Positions 26,694-34,958 of a stretch of DNA of 37,034 bases are shown here, one piece after another (the stretch's first letter is position 1; every line of letters begins with the position of its first letter). The position numbers were made by a program, and so were the translations under genes. The notes beneath the pieces were generated by a model, which saw only the letters and a program-made list of their open reading frames with translations, was not told the DNA's origin and made no database searches. The DNA comes from Candidatus Hydrothermarchaeum profundi (GTDB taxonomy: Archaea; Hydrothermarchaeota; Hydrothermarchaeia; Hydrothermarchaeales; Hydrothermarchaeaceae), in the NCBI GenBank assembly GCA_002011125.2, contig MTMF02000018.1, positions 1 to 37,034 on the forward strand, read 5' to 3'.

Positions 26694-27399
26694 CGAACAT
26701 ACTTATAATTTCAACCAACTTTCGTGCCTCCTTTACACCTAAAAAACTTTTCAAATCTTTATCTTTAAGTTTATCACCATCGTATATCCAGTACCACATA
26801 ACTTTTCTTTTCAACGCCTCATAAAGATTACTAACGTATTCCTTAAACCTGTTCTCAACACCTTCAGATGGTATAAGTATAACCTCTGGCAATTTAACAC
26901 CTTCTACATCTTCTACTCTAGTTAGCCCAACTAAATAACACAACCTCAAACACTTTGAACGTGAAAACTCAATTTGTCTCACCAACACACTATTTACCCA
27001 TTCAATAAATTCCCAAGGTAGTCTCGACTGAAACATTCTATCACCAGAACTGAACTCAAATGACACACCTAAATCCTCTCCCATAGGAGCACTACTTATA
27101 ATCTCTAACCTATATAACAATGAATGTATTAAATCAATTTCTTTACCTGCTATATAATGATACAACCTACCTGCACCAAGTATACATACTTTCGAAAACG
27201 CCTTCCATTGAGGCATATTAAATGCACTTCCCAAACTTTTTAAAGAGTCGTATTCCATCCTAGATAACCCCCATATTTTAACGTTCTCCGTATCGCTCCT
27301 AGCTGTCATTTTGTCAAGTTTAGCATATATCACACCTAACTTTCCTCTCCTGCCATCTATCTCAAAGTCTTTCTTAAAATCTTTATACCAATTATCCAA
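26665..27399 (-). CDS. Hypothetical protein, possibly tandem RHH-like DNA binder
   Basis: TTG start after GGAGGT; two strand-helix-helix-like segments. Confidence 0.65.
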   Translation of the reverse strand: MDNWYKDFKKDFEIDGRRGKLGVIYAKLDKMTARSDTENVKIWGLSRMEYDSLKSLGSAFNMPQWKAFSKVCILGAGRLYHYIAGKEIDLIHSLLYRLEIISSAPMGEDLGVSFEFSSGDRMFQSRLPWEFIEWVNSVLVRQIEFSRSKCLRLCYLVGLTRVEDVEGVKLPEVILIPSEGVENRFKEYVSNLYEALKRKVMWYWIYDGDKLKDKDLKSFLGVKEARKLVEIISMFGGDYNGSND

Positions 27400-27497
27400 T
27401 ATAATTTACCTCCTCACGTTGTAGCTGAAAAAAACAATAGAAACATTTATATATCATGAACGATACACTACTCATCGTAGCCCTCCATTTTTATTTT

Positions 27498-27668
27498 TTA
27501 TGAAACACTATCCGATATTGGATATATCTCTATTTTATTATCATCTACCACAACTTTGACTTCTCCATTGATAGTACCATTAAACTGCTTCCTTACCCAC
27601 TTCGTTGGTATCAAAACAGAGACTCCACTCCCAGTCCTTTGAACTCTCTTTCTGTATATCTCCTGCAT
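27498..27668 (-). CDS. AbrB/SpoVT-like transcription regulator
   Basis: RKRVQRTGSGVSVLIPTKW...IEIYP; leaderless ATG ~25 nt after GAAAG-ATTTATATA. Confidence 0.8.
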   Translation of the reverse strand: MQEIYRKRVQRTGSGVSVLIPTKWVRKQFNGTINGEVKVVVDDNKIEIYPISDSVS

Positions 27669-27775
27669 AATAATGTATAATAACGAAGGAGATATATAAA
27701 TCTTTCGACAATCCATTTTTATATTAACACTCATATAAAATCACCATCTTTCTATATATATTAGATATAATATAT

Positions 27776-27819
27776 GTGTACCGGTGTACCGGTGTACCGT
27801 ATAGATACACCGGTACACC
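27776..27819. repeat. 3 x GTGTACCG plus 14-bp inverted repeat; candidate origin or operator
   Basis: GGTGTACCGGTGTA (27783-27796) / TACACCGGTACACC (27806-27819) in AT-rich gap. Confidence 0.8.
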
Positions 27820-27969
27820 ATTTTATTTTCATAATCTTATCAAATATAAATGAAATCATAGGCTCTATTTTAATAAATAAGGAAAATATTAAAATATTCG
27901 ACCACAATTTTTATTTCCAATATGCATTTAATATCACCCTAGTGTAAAAGTATAGTATTTATATTTACA

Positions 27970-28680
27970 TCACTCTACAACGACGTACGGAGCTATCATA
28001 CTTTTAACTTCAAACCTCTCATTACCTGATTCCATCAACATTGGTTTATCGTCAGCAAGATGCAGTGTAACTATGTCTCCAACAACACTACCTAAAGCCT
28101 GTTCTATTAATTTTATCCTATAAGTTGATTTTGCTTCTACCACCTCCTCCATCATTATATCGGTCCTTGGTAACGAAAACTCAATACTGTCATTCCTATC
28201 TCCACGAGCCCAAAATAATATACCCGTCTTATTTACATCTATATGAACAAACTCACTAAGTATGCTACATGCTCTAATAGCAAACCTCAACGACTCTGTA
28301 CTCATTGTAAACCTAGCATTAAGGTCAATACTTGGCATTTTCGGTACCTTAATATCCATAGCTAACAACTTACATGAATAACTTGCCTTCTTCGACTTTA
28401 TCCTAATCTCGTCTTTATCTACCTCAACGTCCAACTTACCTGTCATATGCTTTATACCGTCGCTAATCTTCGTACTATCTATACAAAACTCTCCTCTACC
28501 TTCACATTTGTCTGTCCTAGCACTAACCGTTACCATATACACCTTACCCGAGTCCACGACTGATGAATTTATATACAAACCGTCTACACTGACCTTAATA
28601 TCTCCAACATAGGTCGAGTGTATCACCTTAAAAAAATCAGCAAGTAACTTTCTACTTATACTAAACTTAATCATCTTCAT
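27970..28680 (-). CDS. pcn: PCNA sliding clamp
   Basis: 236 aa; VDSGKVYMV, DDKPMLM, C-terminal MIAP. Confidence 0.88.
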   Translation of the reverse strand: MKMIKFSISRKLLADFFKVIHSTYVGDIKVSVDGLYINSSVVDSGKVYMVTVSARTDKCEGRGEFCIDSTKISDGIKHMTGKLDVEVDKDEIRIKSKKASYSCKLLAMDIKVPKMPSIDLNARFTMSTESLRFAIRACSILSEFVHIDVNKTGILFWARGDRNDSIEFSLPRTDIMMEEVVEAKSTYRIKLIEQALGSVVGDIVTLHLADDKPMLMESGNERFEVKSMIAPYVVVE

Positions 28681-29098
28681 CCCACCCTTTTATCTTACTT
28701 ATGATATTCCTGAAATACATTCCAGACTTTATAGCATCGTCCATCATATCAAGCGCTCTCCATACAGCACCAATAAACGCACCAACATCTATAGCACTCA
28801 TAAGTGATATATTCGTCAGCTTAATAACAGCTATAGCCTTAAGCAACCTATCCGTCGTGTCTCCATCATCAATCCACTCTAAAAACTTATCAGCAGACTT
28901 TACAACGTCTATCTCCTTATCAGCACCTAGTCCGACAAACCCTCCAAACTCCTTGAAATACTTATCCATTTTCTCCATATACTCTTTTCTATCTATACCA
29001 AGTATATCGTATATCATATCAAACACCTTCTTCACCTCCCAACACTTCATCAATAAAGTTAAAATACGCTTCGTGGTTTTCATACCCAAAACTACCAA
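28667..29098 (-). CDS. Hypothetical helical protein (start uncertain)
   Basis: Operon packing. Confidence 0.65.
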   Translation of the reverse strand: MVVLGMKTTKRILTLLMKCWEVKKVFDMIYDILGIDRKEYMEKMDKYFKEFGGFVGLGADKEIDVVKSADKFLEWIDDGDTTDRLLKAIAVIKLTNISLMSAIDVGAFIGAVWRALDMMDDAIKSGMYFRNIISKIKGWDEDD

Positions 29099-29315
29099 GT
29101 ACCTTATAAGATACTTTAGCCACTAACACCTTCATCATTTCTCTACCATATTTATCTGCAAAGCGTAACAAATGGTAATGCTTCGGATAGTAACCACTAC
29201 CCAAGTTAGCACCTAGCTTATAATCTCCCTTCTTTATGTCATAACCACATATAGCACACGTCAAGTCCCTACGAGCTTTCATCACCCTGAACTCCATCCT
29301 CTTCACCTCTCTCAT
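29019..29315 (-). CDS. PARP-type zinc-finger-like protein
   Basis: KARRDLTCAICGYDIKKGD...YH. Confidence 0.6.
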   Translation of the reverse strand: MREVKRMEFRVMKARRDLTCAICGYDIKKGDYKLGANLGSGYYPKHYHLLRFADKYGREMMKVLVAKVSYKVLGSFGYENHEAYFNFIDEVLGGEEGV

Positions 29316-29613
29316 TCAACTCATCAGCTTTGAAAGCCTTATTGAAAGCCTTATACCAATCAAGTTCAGTCTCTTTCACTAACCTCATCACGACATCCCA
29401 TTCTTGCTCATACCTCGTAATATCCACTTTCGAAAGTTTCTTCAGAAAGTCAATGAACTCATCTACCTTTACCTCACCGTATAACTCAAGATTCAGCATC
29501 ACAACAGGTATCTCATCCTCATCTCTAACTGACATCCCTTTAATTCCTACATCCATACCATATACTCTAAAAGATATTGTCAAACCCTCATTCATTTTCT
29601 TCTTCACCTCCAA
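29269..29613 (-). CDS. Hypothetical protein
   Basis: Likely start MNEG after GGAGGTGA. Confidence 0.65.
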   Translation of the reverse strand: MEVKKKMNEGLTISFRVYGMDVGIKGMSVRDEDEIPVVMLNLELYGEVKVDEFIDFLKKLSKVDITRYEQEWDVVMRLVKETELDWYKAFNKAFKADELNERGEEDGVQGDESS

Positions 29614-29803
29614 ATAACCTCTTCTCCTGCTCCAGTATGAGCTTATACAAATCTTCCTCTAACTCACGTATATACCTAGCAGTCTCGACATACCCAGCAA
29701 CAGCAAGTAATTGCCCAGCTTTTGATAGTGTCGCAAGTCCCACAGTTGCAGTAACTAAACCAGCTACTTTTTTAGCAAATTCTTTATCAGTCATATATAC
29801 CAC
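29588..29803 (-). CDS. Hypothetical protein
   Basis: Operon packing. Confidence 0.65.
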   Translation of the reverse strand: MVYMTDKEFAKKVAGLVTATVGLATLSKAGQLLAVAGYVETARYIRELEEDLYKLILEQEKRLFGGEEENE

Positions 29804-29998
29804 CTACATATTTTTTAACTCCCATATCGCAAAGTCTGGTAAAGTTTTAACCTTTCCAATGAAATCACTAAACATCTCTTGACAAGCAGTAACTAAAGGA
29901 CAGAACCTAGTAAAGTCTACCTCTATATCATCCTGCAACTTCTTTTTCGCCCAATCGCAAAACTCTTTAACAGGACACTTATCACAATCAACCTTCAT
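29804..29998 (-). CDS. Small Cys-rich protein
   Basis: CDKCPVKEFC...CPL. Confidence 0.7.
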   Translation of the reverse strand: MKVDCDKCPVKEFCDWAKKKLQDDIEVDFTRFCPLVTACQEMFSDFIGKVKTLPDFAIWELKNM

Positions 29999-30197
29999 CT
30001 ACAATCCACCTCACCTTACCTTTTATTACTTTCTCCAATACCCTACCTATTATCTCTCTACCACAGTTTATACATACCACCATATAATCCCCGAAATGTA
30101 CATACCTATCAAAATCGTCAGCGTAGAACATTCCTCCAACAGCAACACCGTCTTTCACTACAACATTCCCACACTTCTTACATTTAATCCTCAACAA
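29988..30197 (-). CDS. Zinc-ribbon protein
   Basis: CKKCG...CINCG. Confidence 0.7.
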   Translation of the reverse strand: MLRIKCKKCGNVVVKDGVAVGGMFYADDFDRYVHFGDYMVVCINCGREIIGRVLEKVIKGKVRWIVDEG

Positions 30198-30255
30198 CCA
30201 CCACCTCTCTTACCCGCTATGCATTCTCCAAATCTTAACACGCTTAAAACTCACT

Positions 30256-30447
30256 TCAACCACCTGACCTAACAGCAAATACCACCGTGTTACTTGCAAC
30301 AAGATAACTGGCAATCACATCGTACTTCATCAGAACCTCAACAGCCTTTTTTATATCTTCCAGTTCTTCACGCTTAAAATTGCGTATAAGTCTAACACTT
30401 ACAACCAGCTTACTTCCGTCCGAACTTACATTAATTCTCCTATCCAT
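30256..30447 (-). CDS. Hypothetical protein
   Basis: GGAGGTGA SD directly after BHB element 1. Confidence 0.7.
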   Translation of the reverse strand: MDRRINVSSDGSKLVVSVRLIRNFKREELEDIKKAVEVLMKYDVIASYLVASNTVVFAVRSGG

Positions 30448-30462
30448 TTATATCACCTCCTT

Positions 30463-30624
30463 TAGAGCTCTCCCCCACTACCAGACGTACACTCATGCTG
30501 GAACGGGAGGATTTCGCAAACCACCACTATTAGTAAAGCTCACTGACTATCACTCTGGTACAATCATACACTGCGTGGTTCACGCCAGCACCAAGTATAC
30601 ATCTGATAGCGCTTAGGGGCTCTA
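30463..30624 (-). ncRNA. Structured RNA closed by a canonical BHB motif (element 1)
   Basis: UAGAGC-CCCU-AAG-19 bp stem ... stem-GGGG-AGA-GCUCUA; five G-U pairs that work only on the minus strand. Confidence 0.8.
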
Positions 30625-30885
30625 TGCACCTACCACTTCTCTATCAGTTCTTACCTCTACATCGGTAATATATATAACTTCAAGCAAAGCACAATACTTA
30701 ATAATCTTTACCACCTTCGGTCCAAACATACCCTGTAAGCGTTCATCATCTACAATCTTATCTATGTACAACACCCTAACATCGCTAGCATTTGAACGAT
30801 ACTCCTCTACACGTTTAGCTAAACCATCCATAGTAACATCCTTGACTACCTCATACTTTCTTTTTATTTTCTTTCCTACCAACAT
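30622..30885 (-). CDS. Hypothetical protein
   Basis: GGTGA SD before MLVGKK. Confidence 0.7.
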   Translation of the reverse strand: MLVGKKIKRKYEVVKDVTMDGLAKRVEEYRSNASDVRVLYIDKIVDDERLQGMFGPKVVKIIKYCALLEVIYITDVEVRTDREVVGA

Positions 30886-31099
30886 CTTTATCACCACCAT
30901 AAAACATATTAACCCTATACCTCCTCCAAAAAACCTCGAGTACAACCAAAGGACCAAATAGAACTATCATAGCACCCAATAACACCAGCAGTATTGACGA
31001 AACACCTAACCCGTATCCAACAATCATACCGCCGTATGTAAAGCAACACGAAACGCAAACAAACTCTGCATCACGTCTACTCAGACCCACTATCACCAC
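30851..31099 (-). CDS. 2-TM membrane protein
   Basis: Hydrophobic segments, basic tail. Confidence 0.6.
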   Translation of the reverse strand: MVIVGLSRRDAEFVCVSCCFTYGGMIVGYGLGVSSILLVLLGAMIVLFGPLVVLEVFWRRYRVNMFYGGDKDVGRKENKKKV

Positions 31100-31847
31100 C
31101 TACAAACATCTTAACCAGTAATTTATCTACCTCCTTTATCCTAGCATACACATCTTTACCCCTATTCTTTCTTATTATCCCGTACCACCTCTTCTCATTA
31201 TTGCTTATCTCAACTCCCATATCTATGATAGTATCGAACTTCCTGAAAACCGAACTCTCTAATCTTTCCCTTGTCTTAGTATCACCTATCGGATGACTAG
31301 TACATATAAAATTGTATCCCAAATCTACCATATCGTATATAACTTTCAGCAAATCATCGTATAACTTATTATACGACTGCCACGGCAGTGTAAACGTATC
31401 ACTATCCGTTATATTAAACACTTTCTCTCCTATAACATAGTAGCCCTGTGAAATAAACTTACCCTCAAGATACCTCCTATGTAGCTCCATCACCTCGTTA
31501 ACACTATCAAGTACAATCAGGTCAGCATCACTCTTTATAACTTTCTTATAAGCCTGTCTAAACCCACCTCTATACATTCCGTCATCCACTTTCTCTACCT
31601 TACCATCATACCTTGGAGTTATTACCATCGTAATATTAGCTAACGACTCATCACTAATCTTTCCTGACTCATACAACGCAATTATCTCCTTCTGAGTACC
31701 ATACTCAGGGTCAATATATATTACCTTATCTCCTCTCTCTGAACATTTAGATGCTACCATCAAAGCACAATGAGTCTTCCCAGTACCTGTATCTCCTCTC
31801 AACAACACCTTATACTTCAACTGCCTTCGTATCGAATCAATTTTCAT
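31077..31847 (-). CDS. RecA-superfamily ATPase, Sak4/AAA_24-like recombinase
   Basis: GDTGTGKT, YIDPEYG, LIVLDS, CTSH, KNR. Confidence 0.8.
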   Translation of the reverse strand: MKIDSIRRQLKYKVLLRGDTGTGKTHCALMVASKCSERGDKVIYIDPEYGTQKEIIALYESGKISDESLANITMVITPRYDGKVEKVDDGMYRGGFRQAYKKVIKSDADLIVLDSVNEVMELHRRYLEGKFISQGYYVIGEKVFNITDSDTFTLPWQSYNKLYDDLLKVIYDMVDLGYNFICTSHPIGDTKTRERLESSVFRKFDTIIDMGVEISNNEKRWYGIIRKNRGKDVYARIKEVDKLLVKMFVGGDSGSE

Positions 31848-31921
31848 CTAATACCTCCAACAGCTCATAATTACTAGCATAATTCCATCTCCAAACTTCT
31901 AACACTTCATCACACTTACAC

Positions 31922-32317
31922 TTATTCATATGCAACACATCCTAACGTCTTCATTAACATAAGTCTATATCCACTTGGAGTCAGACTAGGACTTCTTTCA
32001 GAATACCTAACAAACATCCTAAATGCCTCATCTTCATCACTAGTTATAGTGCACAAAAACGGCAAACTCGGACCAGTAGGTGGTATCCATACCAGCATAT
32101 ACTTGTACACCACATCGTCAACTGCAATCTTTTTAGTACTTTTAGCACTCTCAATATCTACATAACCCTCAAGTATCTCCTCTAACCTAAGTATCATCTC
32201 TACAACCTGTCTCAACGCCTCAGGACCGCGACTCTCTAAAACTTTACCCATAGCATCATAGTTATCTGCAAAACTTCTCCTAGTATCAAACATACCTCCA
32301 CTCCATTCAACTTTCAT
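31922..32317 (-). CDS. Hypothetical protein (true start MKVEW)
   Basis: GGGGTGA SD, which lies inside BHB element 2. Confidence 0.7.
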   Translation of the reverse strand: MKVEWSGGMFDTRRSFADNYDAMGKVLESRGPEALRQVVEMILRLEEILEGYVDIESAKSTKKIAVDDVVYKYMLVWIPPTGPSLPFLCTITSDEDEAFRMFVRYSERSPSLTPSGYRLMLMKTLGCVAYE

Positions 32318-32322
32318 ATTAT

Positions 32323-32409
32323 CACCCCATACCGCATGGGCAGCAGAAAAGGCACGGAGGGTGAATAAGTATGTATGGCACAATTCAACTGCCCATGTAT
32401 CGGCGGGTA
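32323..32409 (-). ncRNA. Structured RNA closed by a canonical BHB motif (element 2)
   Basis: UACCC-GCCG-AUA-CAUGGGCAG ... CUGCCCAUG-CGGU-AUG-GGGUG. Confidence 0.72.
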
Positions 32410-32410
32410 T

Positions 32411-32440
32411 AAAAAATAAAAGTCCAGCATTAGCTGGACT
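32411..32440 (-). terminator. Hairpin plus U-tract terminator
   Basis: 8-bp stem AGTCCAGC/GCTGGACT over the stop codon then TTTATTTTTT. Confidence 0.6.
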
Positions 32441-32729
32441 TCGGAACTTTCTTAACTGCAATAGCCACTATACCATCTTTCTTGCTGGAAGCAGCTGCCT
32501 TTACCTCAATACCAGCCCTATCACAAGCCTCGACAAGCTTCACTTTAGAGTAGTAGTCCTTGTATTTTATATCGCTACCACTGTGAAACTCCATTATCTC
32601 TTCAAATGTAAAGTGGTATGTCCCGGGGCTGGTTACGTGCTCCTTGACATAGGAAACAAGCCCATCCATATCCCAAGCTCCTCTAGCCTTCAACTCAATT
32701 TTCAATTCGTCAGATACCTTCTTAGGCAT
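32430..32729 (-). CDS. Hypothetical protein
   Basis: GGAGGTG SD. Confidence 0.75.
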   Translation of the reverse strand: MPKKVSDELKIELKARGAWDMDGLVSYVKEHVTSPGTYHFTFEEIMEFHSGSDIKYKDYYSKVKLVEACDRAGIEVKAAASSKKDGIVAIAVKKVPKSS

Positions 32730-32740
32730 TTATACACCTC

Positions 32741-33247
32741 CTATAGTTCTATATCCAGTTCTTCAGCTTCAACAACACCAGCAAGCTTTTCCTCAATATC
32801 TGGTCTACCGGTGGTCCTATATGTCTTCACTTTCTTACCTCTCTCTCTGTACTCTGCAGGAGCGTCTTTCCACTCAACTCCTGCAATTGTAAACACTCTA
32901 CCTACAAGGTCAGATAAATCATTGAACTCTTTACCGTAGTCTCTCTTCAGTGCCACTACCATTCCCTGAGCAATTGTCTTGCTTATAAATAAATCAAAAT
33001 CGACGTCACTAACTTTACCGTCTTCAACTACATTTACCTTACAAACCCAGCTCTTCTCTATACCTCTCTCCTTCAGAGCATCAGCCTCAATCTTCTGTGG
33101 CTCGCTAGCAATTCTAACTGTCACAGCCTGTCCTATACCGGGCAACTGCAGTCTTCCACCAGCAGACGCCTTAACACTTGCCATCTTATTTAGTTTCTCC
33201 TCATCTCCCAAATCAAACTCCTCAATAAAGTCTTTCAAACCTGCCAT
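32741..33247 (-). CDS. Putative OB-fold single-stranded DNA-binding protein
   Basis: Beta-barrel pattern, LVGRVFTI, acidic C-terminus, near Sak4-like gene. Confidence 0.55.
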   Translation of the reverse strand: MAGLKDFIEEFDLGDEEKLNKMASVKASAGGRLQLPGIGQAVTVRIASEPQKIEADALKERGIEKSWVCKVNVVEDGKVSDVDFDLFISKTIAQGMVVALKRDYGKEFNDLSDLVGRVFTIAGVEWKDAPAEYRERGKKVKTYRTTGRPDIEEKLAGVVEAEELDIEL

Positions 33248-33259
33248 ACATACATCACC

Positions 33260-33571
33260 TCACTTCACCTGTACTATCCTTTCTATACAGTACCTATCAA
33301 CACCTTTACTACTTAAATATGCACTGACAACACTGAAGACAGCATCGTCCATAGTTCTAAACCCAAGTTCCGCTTTAATCAACGATAGTGCCTGATGCAC
33401 ATCGTCATGAACATGAATCGTCCTAACTGGTTGTCCCCTATTCACCGAAGAATCAAACAACTCTCTCCTAACACCGAAATATTGCACTGCATCCCTGACA
33501 ACATCTGCATACTTCTTTCCAAAAATTCGCATCACCCTGTATGTCGCATCACTCACAACTATAGACTTCAT
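33260..33571 (-). CDS. Tandem ribbon-helix-helix regulator
   Basis: KSIVVSDATY...ADVVRDAV and RTIHVHDDVHQAL...TMDDAV. Confidence 0.75.
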   Translation of the reverse strand: MKSIVVSDATYRVMRIFGKKYADVVRDAVQYFGVRRELFDSSVNRGQPVRTIHVHDDVHQALSLIKAELGFRTMDDAVFSVVSAYLSSKGVDRYCIERIVQVK

Positions 33572-33573
33572 CC

Positions 33574-33612
33574 TGATATACATCATGTATATCATATATA
33601 TATCTTTTTCGC
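33574..33612 (-). promoter_or_regulatory. Promoter with perfect palindromic operator
   Basis: GAAAAAG-ATATATATA then TGATATACAT-N-ATGTATATCA (33574-33594) just before the ATG. Confidence 0.65.
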
Positions 33613-33651
33613 TTTTGTATTTTTATAAAAATAATAGAATTATAAATTTCA

Positions 33652-33861
33652 TCACTGACTTTCCTTGCCATTATCTATAACCCATTTCTGTCCACATGAC
33701 GGGCATTCATCAGTCTCAAGCTCAGCATCCTCATGCGATTCATCCATGAAAAATTCAAACCCGCACATACGACACCTTGCAACAACAACGCGTTTCTCAA
33801 ATATCTCAATTCCGACATGCCTAGGCGGTTCAGGAATCTCTCCCGGCAATTTCTTCGCCAT
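33652..33861 (-). CDS. Zinc-ribbon protein
   Basis: CRMCGFEF...CPSCG. Confidence 0.7.
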   Translation of the reverse strand: MAKKLPGEIPEPPRHVGIEIFEKRVVVARCRMCGFEFFMDESHEDAELETDECPSCGQKWVIDNGKESQ

Positions 33862-33900
33862 TTCCCCATCACCTCCTCATTTTTTCAACAGAATTATAAA

Positions 33901-34170
33901 TCACACATAGTCATCGCACCACCTTGCAATACTTAAAGCGTCCGACGCTATAAGCGTCTTCTTTTTCTTACACCATATCCCCTCAGCAACCCTATACGTA
34001 TAATGCTCACAATAGTCATCTGGTTTCTTCTTTATCTTCACTCCTATACCTCGTCTGCACTCCCTTGCGGTCCTATGATAATACTTACACCCCCAGCACA
34101 CTCCAATAGAGTGATATACAAACTTGCTCCCATATCTGCACATAGCACAACTCTTTCTCTCGTCATCCAT
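33901..34170 (-). CDS. Cys-rich protein
   Basis: CAMCRY, CWGCKY, further Cys. Confidence 0.65.
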   Translation of the reverse strand: MDDERKSCAMCRYGSKFVYHSIGVCWGCKYYHRTARECRRGIGVKIKKKPDDYCEHYTYRVAEGIWCKKKKTLIASDALSIARWCDDYV

Positions 34171-34314
34171 TCACTCACCACCTCTAACCAACCTACATTT
34201 CAAGCATTCAACTGGGTCTATCTCTCTCCACCCGCAACATACAACAGCTCTACCATCGTAATTTCTTCCAACCCTAGCCGAACACCACGGCAAATCTTTT
34301 AACTTAACGCTCAC
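34171..34314 (-). CDS. 47-aa Cys-rich protein (not in ORF track)
   Basis: GGTGA SD, GTG start, fills gap. Confidence 0.55.
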   Translation of the reverse strand: MSVKLKDLPWCSARVGRNYDGRAVVCCGWREIDPVECLKCRLVRGGE

Positions 34315-34720
34315 TTTTATCACCTTTATACAAAACTACATCTAGTATAACTCCCTTTAACTTATCCATCTCACTATCATGCCTCTCACTCAACAAACGC
34401 TCAGCTTTATCTAGTACAAAGTCTATATCCTCTCTAGCCCTCTCATGTAACCAATTAATCATTTCCTCATCATTCCAATTTTCCTGATTTAAATGCATCG
34501 TATCCTCCCAAAGCCAATCATCATGTAACCTTAGTCTATGCAACACCTCGTTAACACGCTTAAATACCTCAGCATCTCTAACATACTCAAGAACATAATG
34601 TCTACCAATTTTATTCATCGCCTCACCAAAATGCTTCTTATGGTCTACACAAGCAATCTCATAAGGCACTCCCCTATAAGTATACCTCTTTCTCCAAACT
34701 TCAGACGACATCATTATCAC
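34304..34720 (-). CDS. Hypothetical protein
   Basis: GGAGGTGA SD. Confidence 0.7.
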   Translation of the reverse strand: MIMMSSEVWRKRYTYRGVPYEIACVDHKKHFGEAMNKIGRHYVLEYVRDAEVFKRVNEVLHRLRLHDDWLWEDTMHLNQENWNDEEMINWLHERAREDIDFVLDKAERLLSERHDSEMDKLKGVILDVVLYKGDKSER

Positions 34721-34958
34721 CTCCTACCAACTCATAATCAGCCAACTCTTTTCCAATCATATATACCTTGTCATAATGCGGTAAGTAATACAACCCTGCA
34801 CCAATGCGTTTACCATCATCTGAATCTACTATGTACACCTCCTTATCTCCATCAAAGTAAGGCATAAAAGCTTCATCTACTATATTCACTAACTCTATTA
34901 CTACCCAGACCTCTCCGTATGCTAACACTCTATCTCCTATCCTAAACCTATGATTCAT
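34701..34958 (-). CDS. SH3/KOW-like small protein
   Basis: RFRIGDRV N-terminus. Confidence 0.6.
   Translation of the reverse strand: MNHRFRIGDRVLAYGEVWVVIELVNIVDEAFMPYFDGDKEVYIVDSDDGKRIGAGLYYLPHYDKVYMIGKELADYELVGGDNDVV

Noticed and set aside
30463-30624. tRNA, hammerhead ribozyme or C/D box sRNA identity for element 1
   Set aside because: No T-loop/cloverleaf exons, no CUGAUGA...GAAA core, no clear box C plus CUGA pair.
31077-31847. Genome-packaging ATPase
   Set aside because: Motifs and early-region context fit a RecA/Sak4-type protein rather than FtsK/A32 or terminase.
32318-32461. N-terminal extensions in the ORF track (31922..32461; likewise 14483..14995, 18093..18347, 27498..27734, 33260..33595, 35526..35729)
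   Set aside because: Extensions run through terminators, promoters or RNA elements; internal starts have SD or TATA support.
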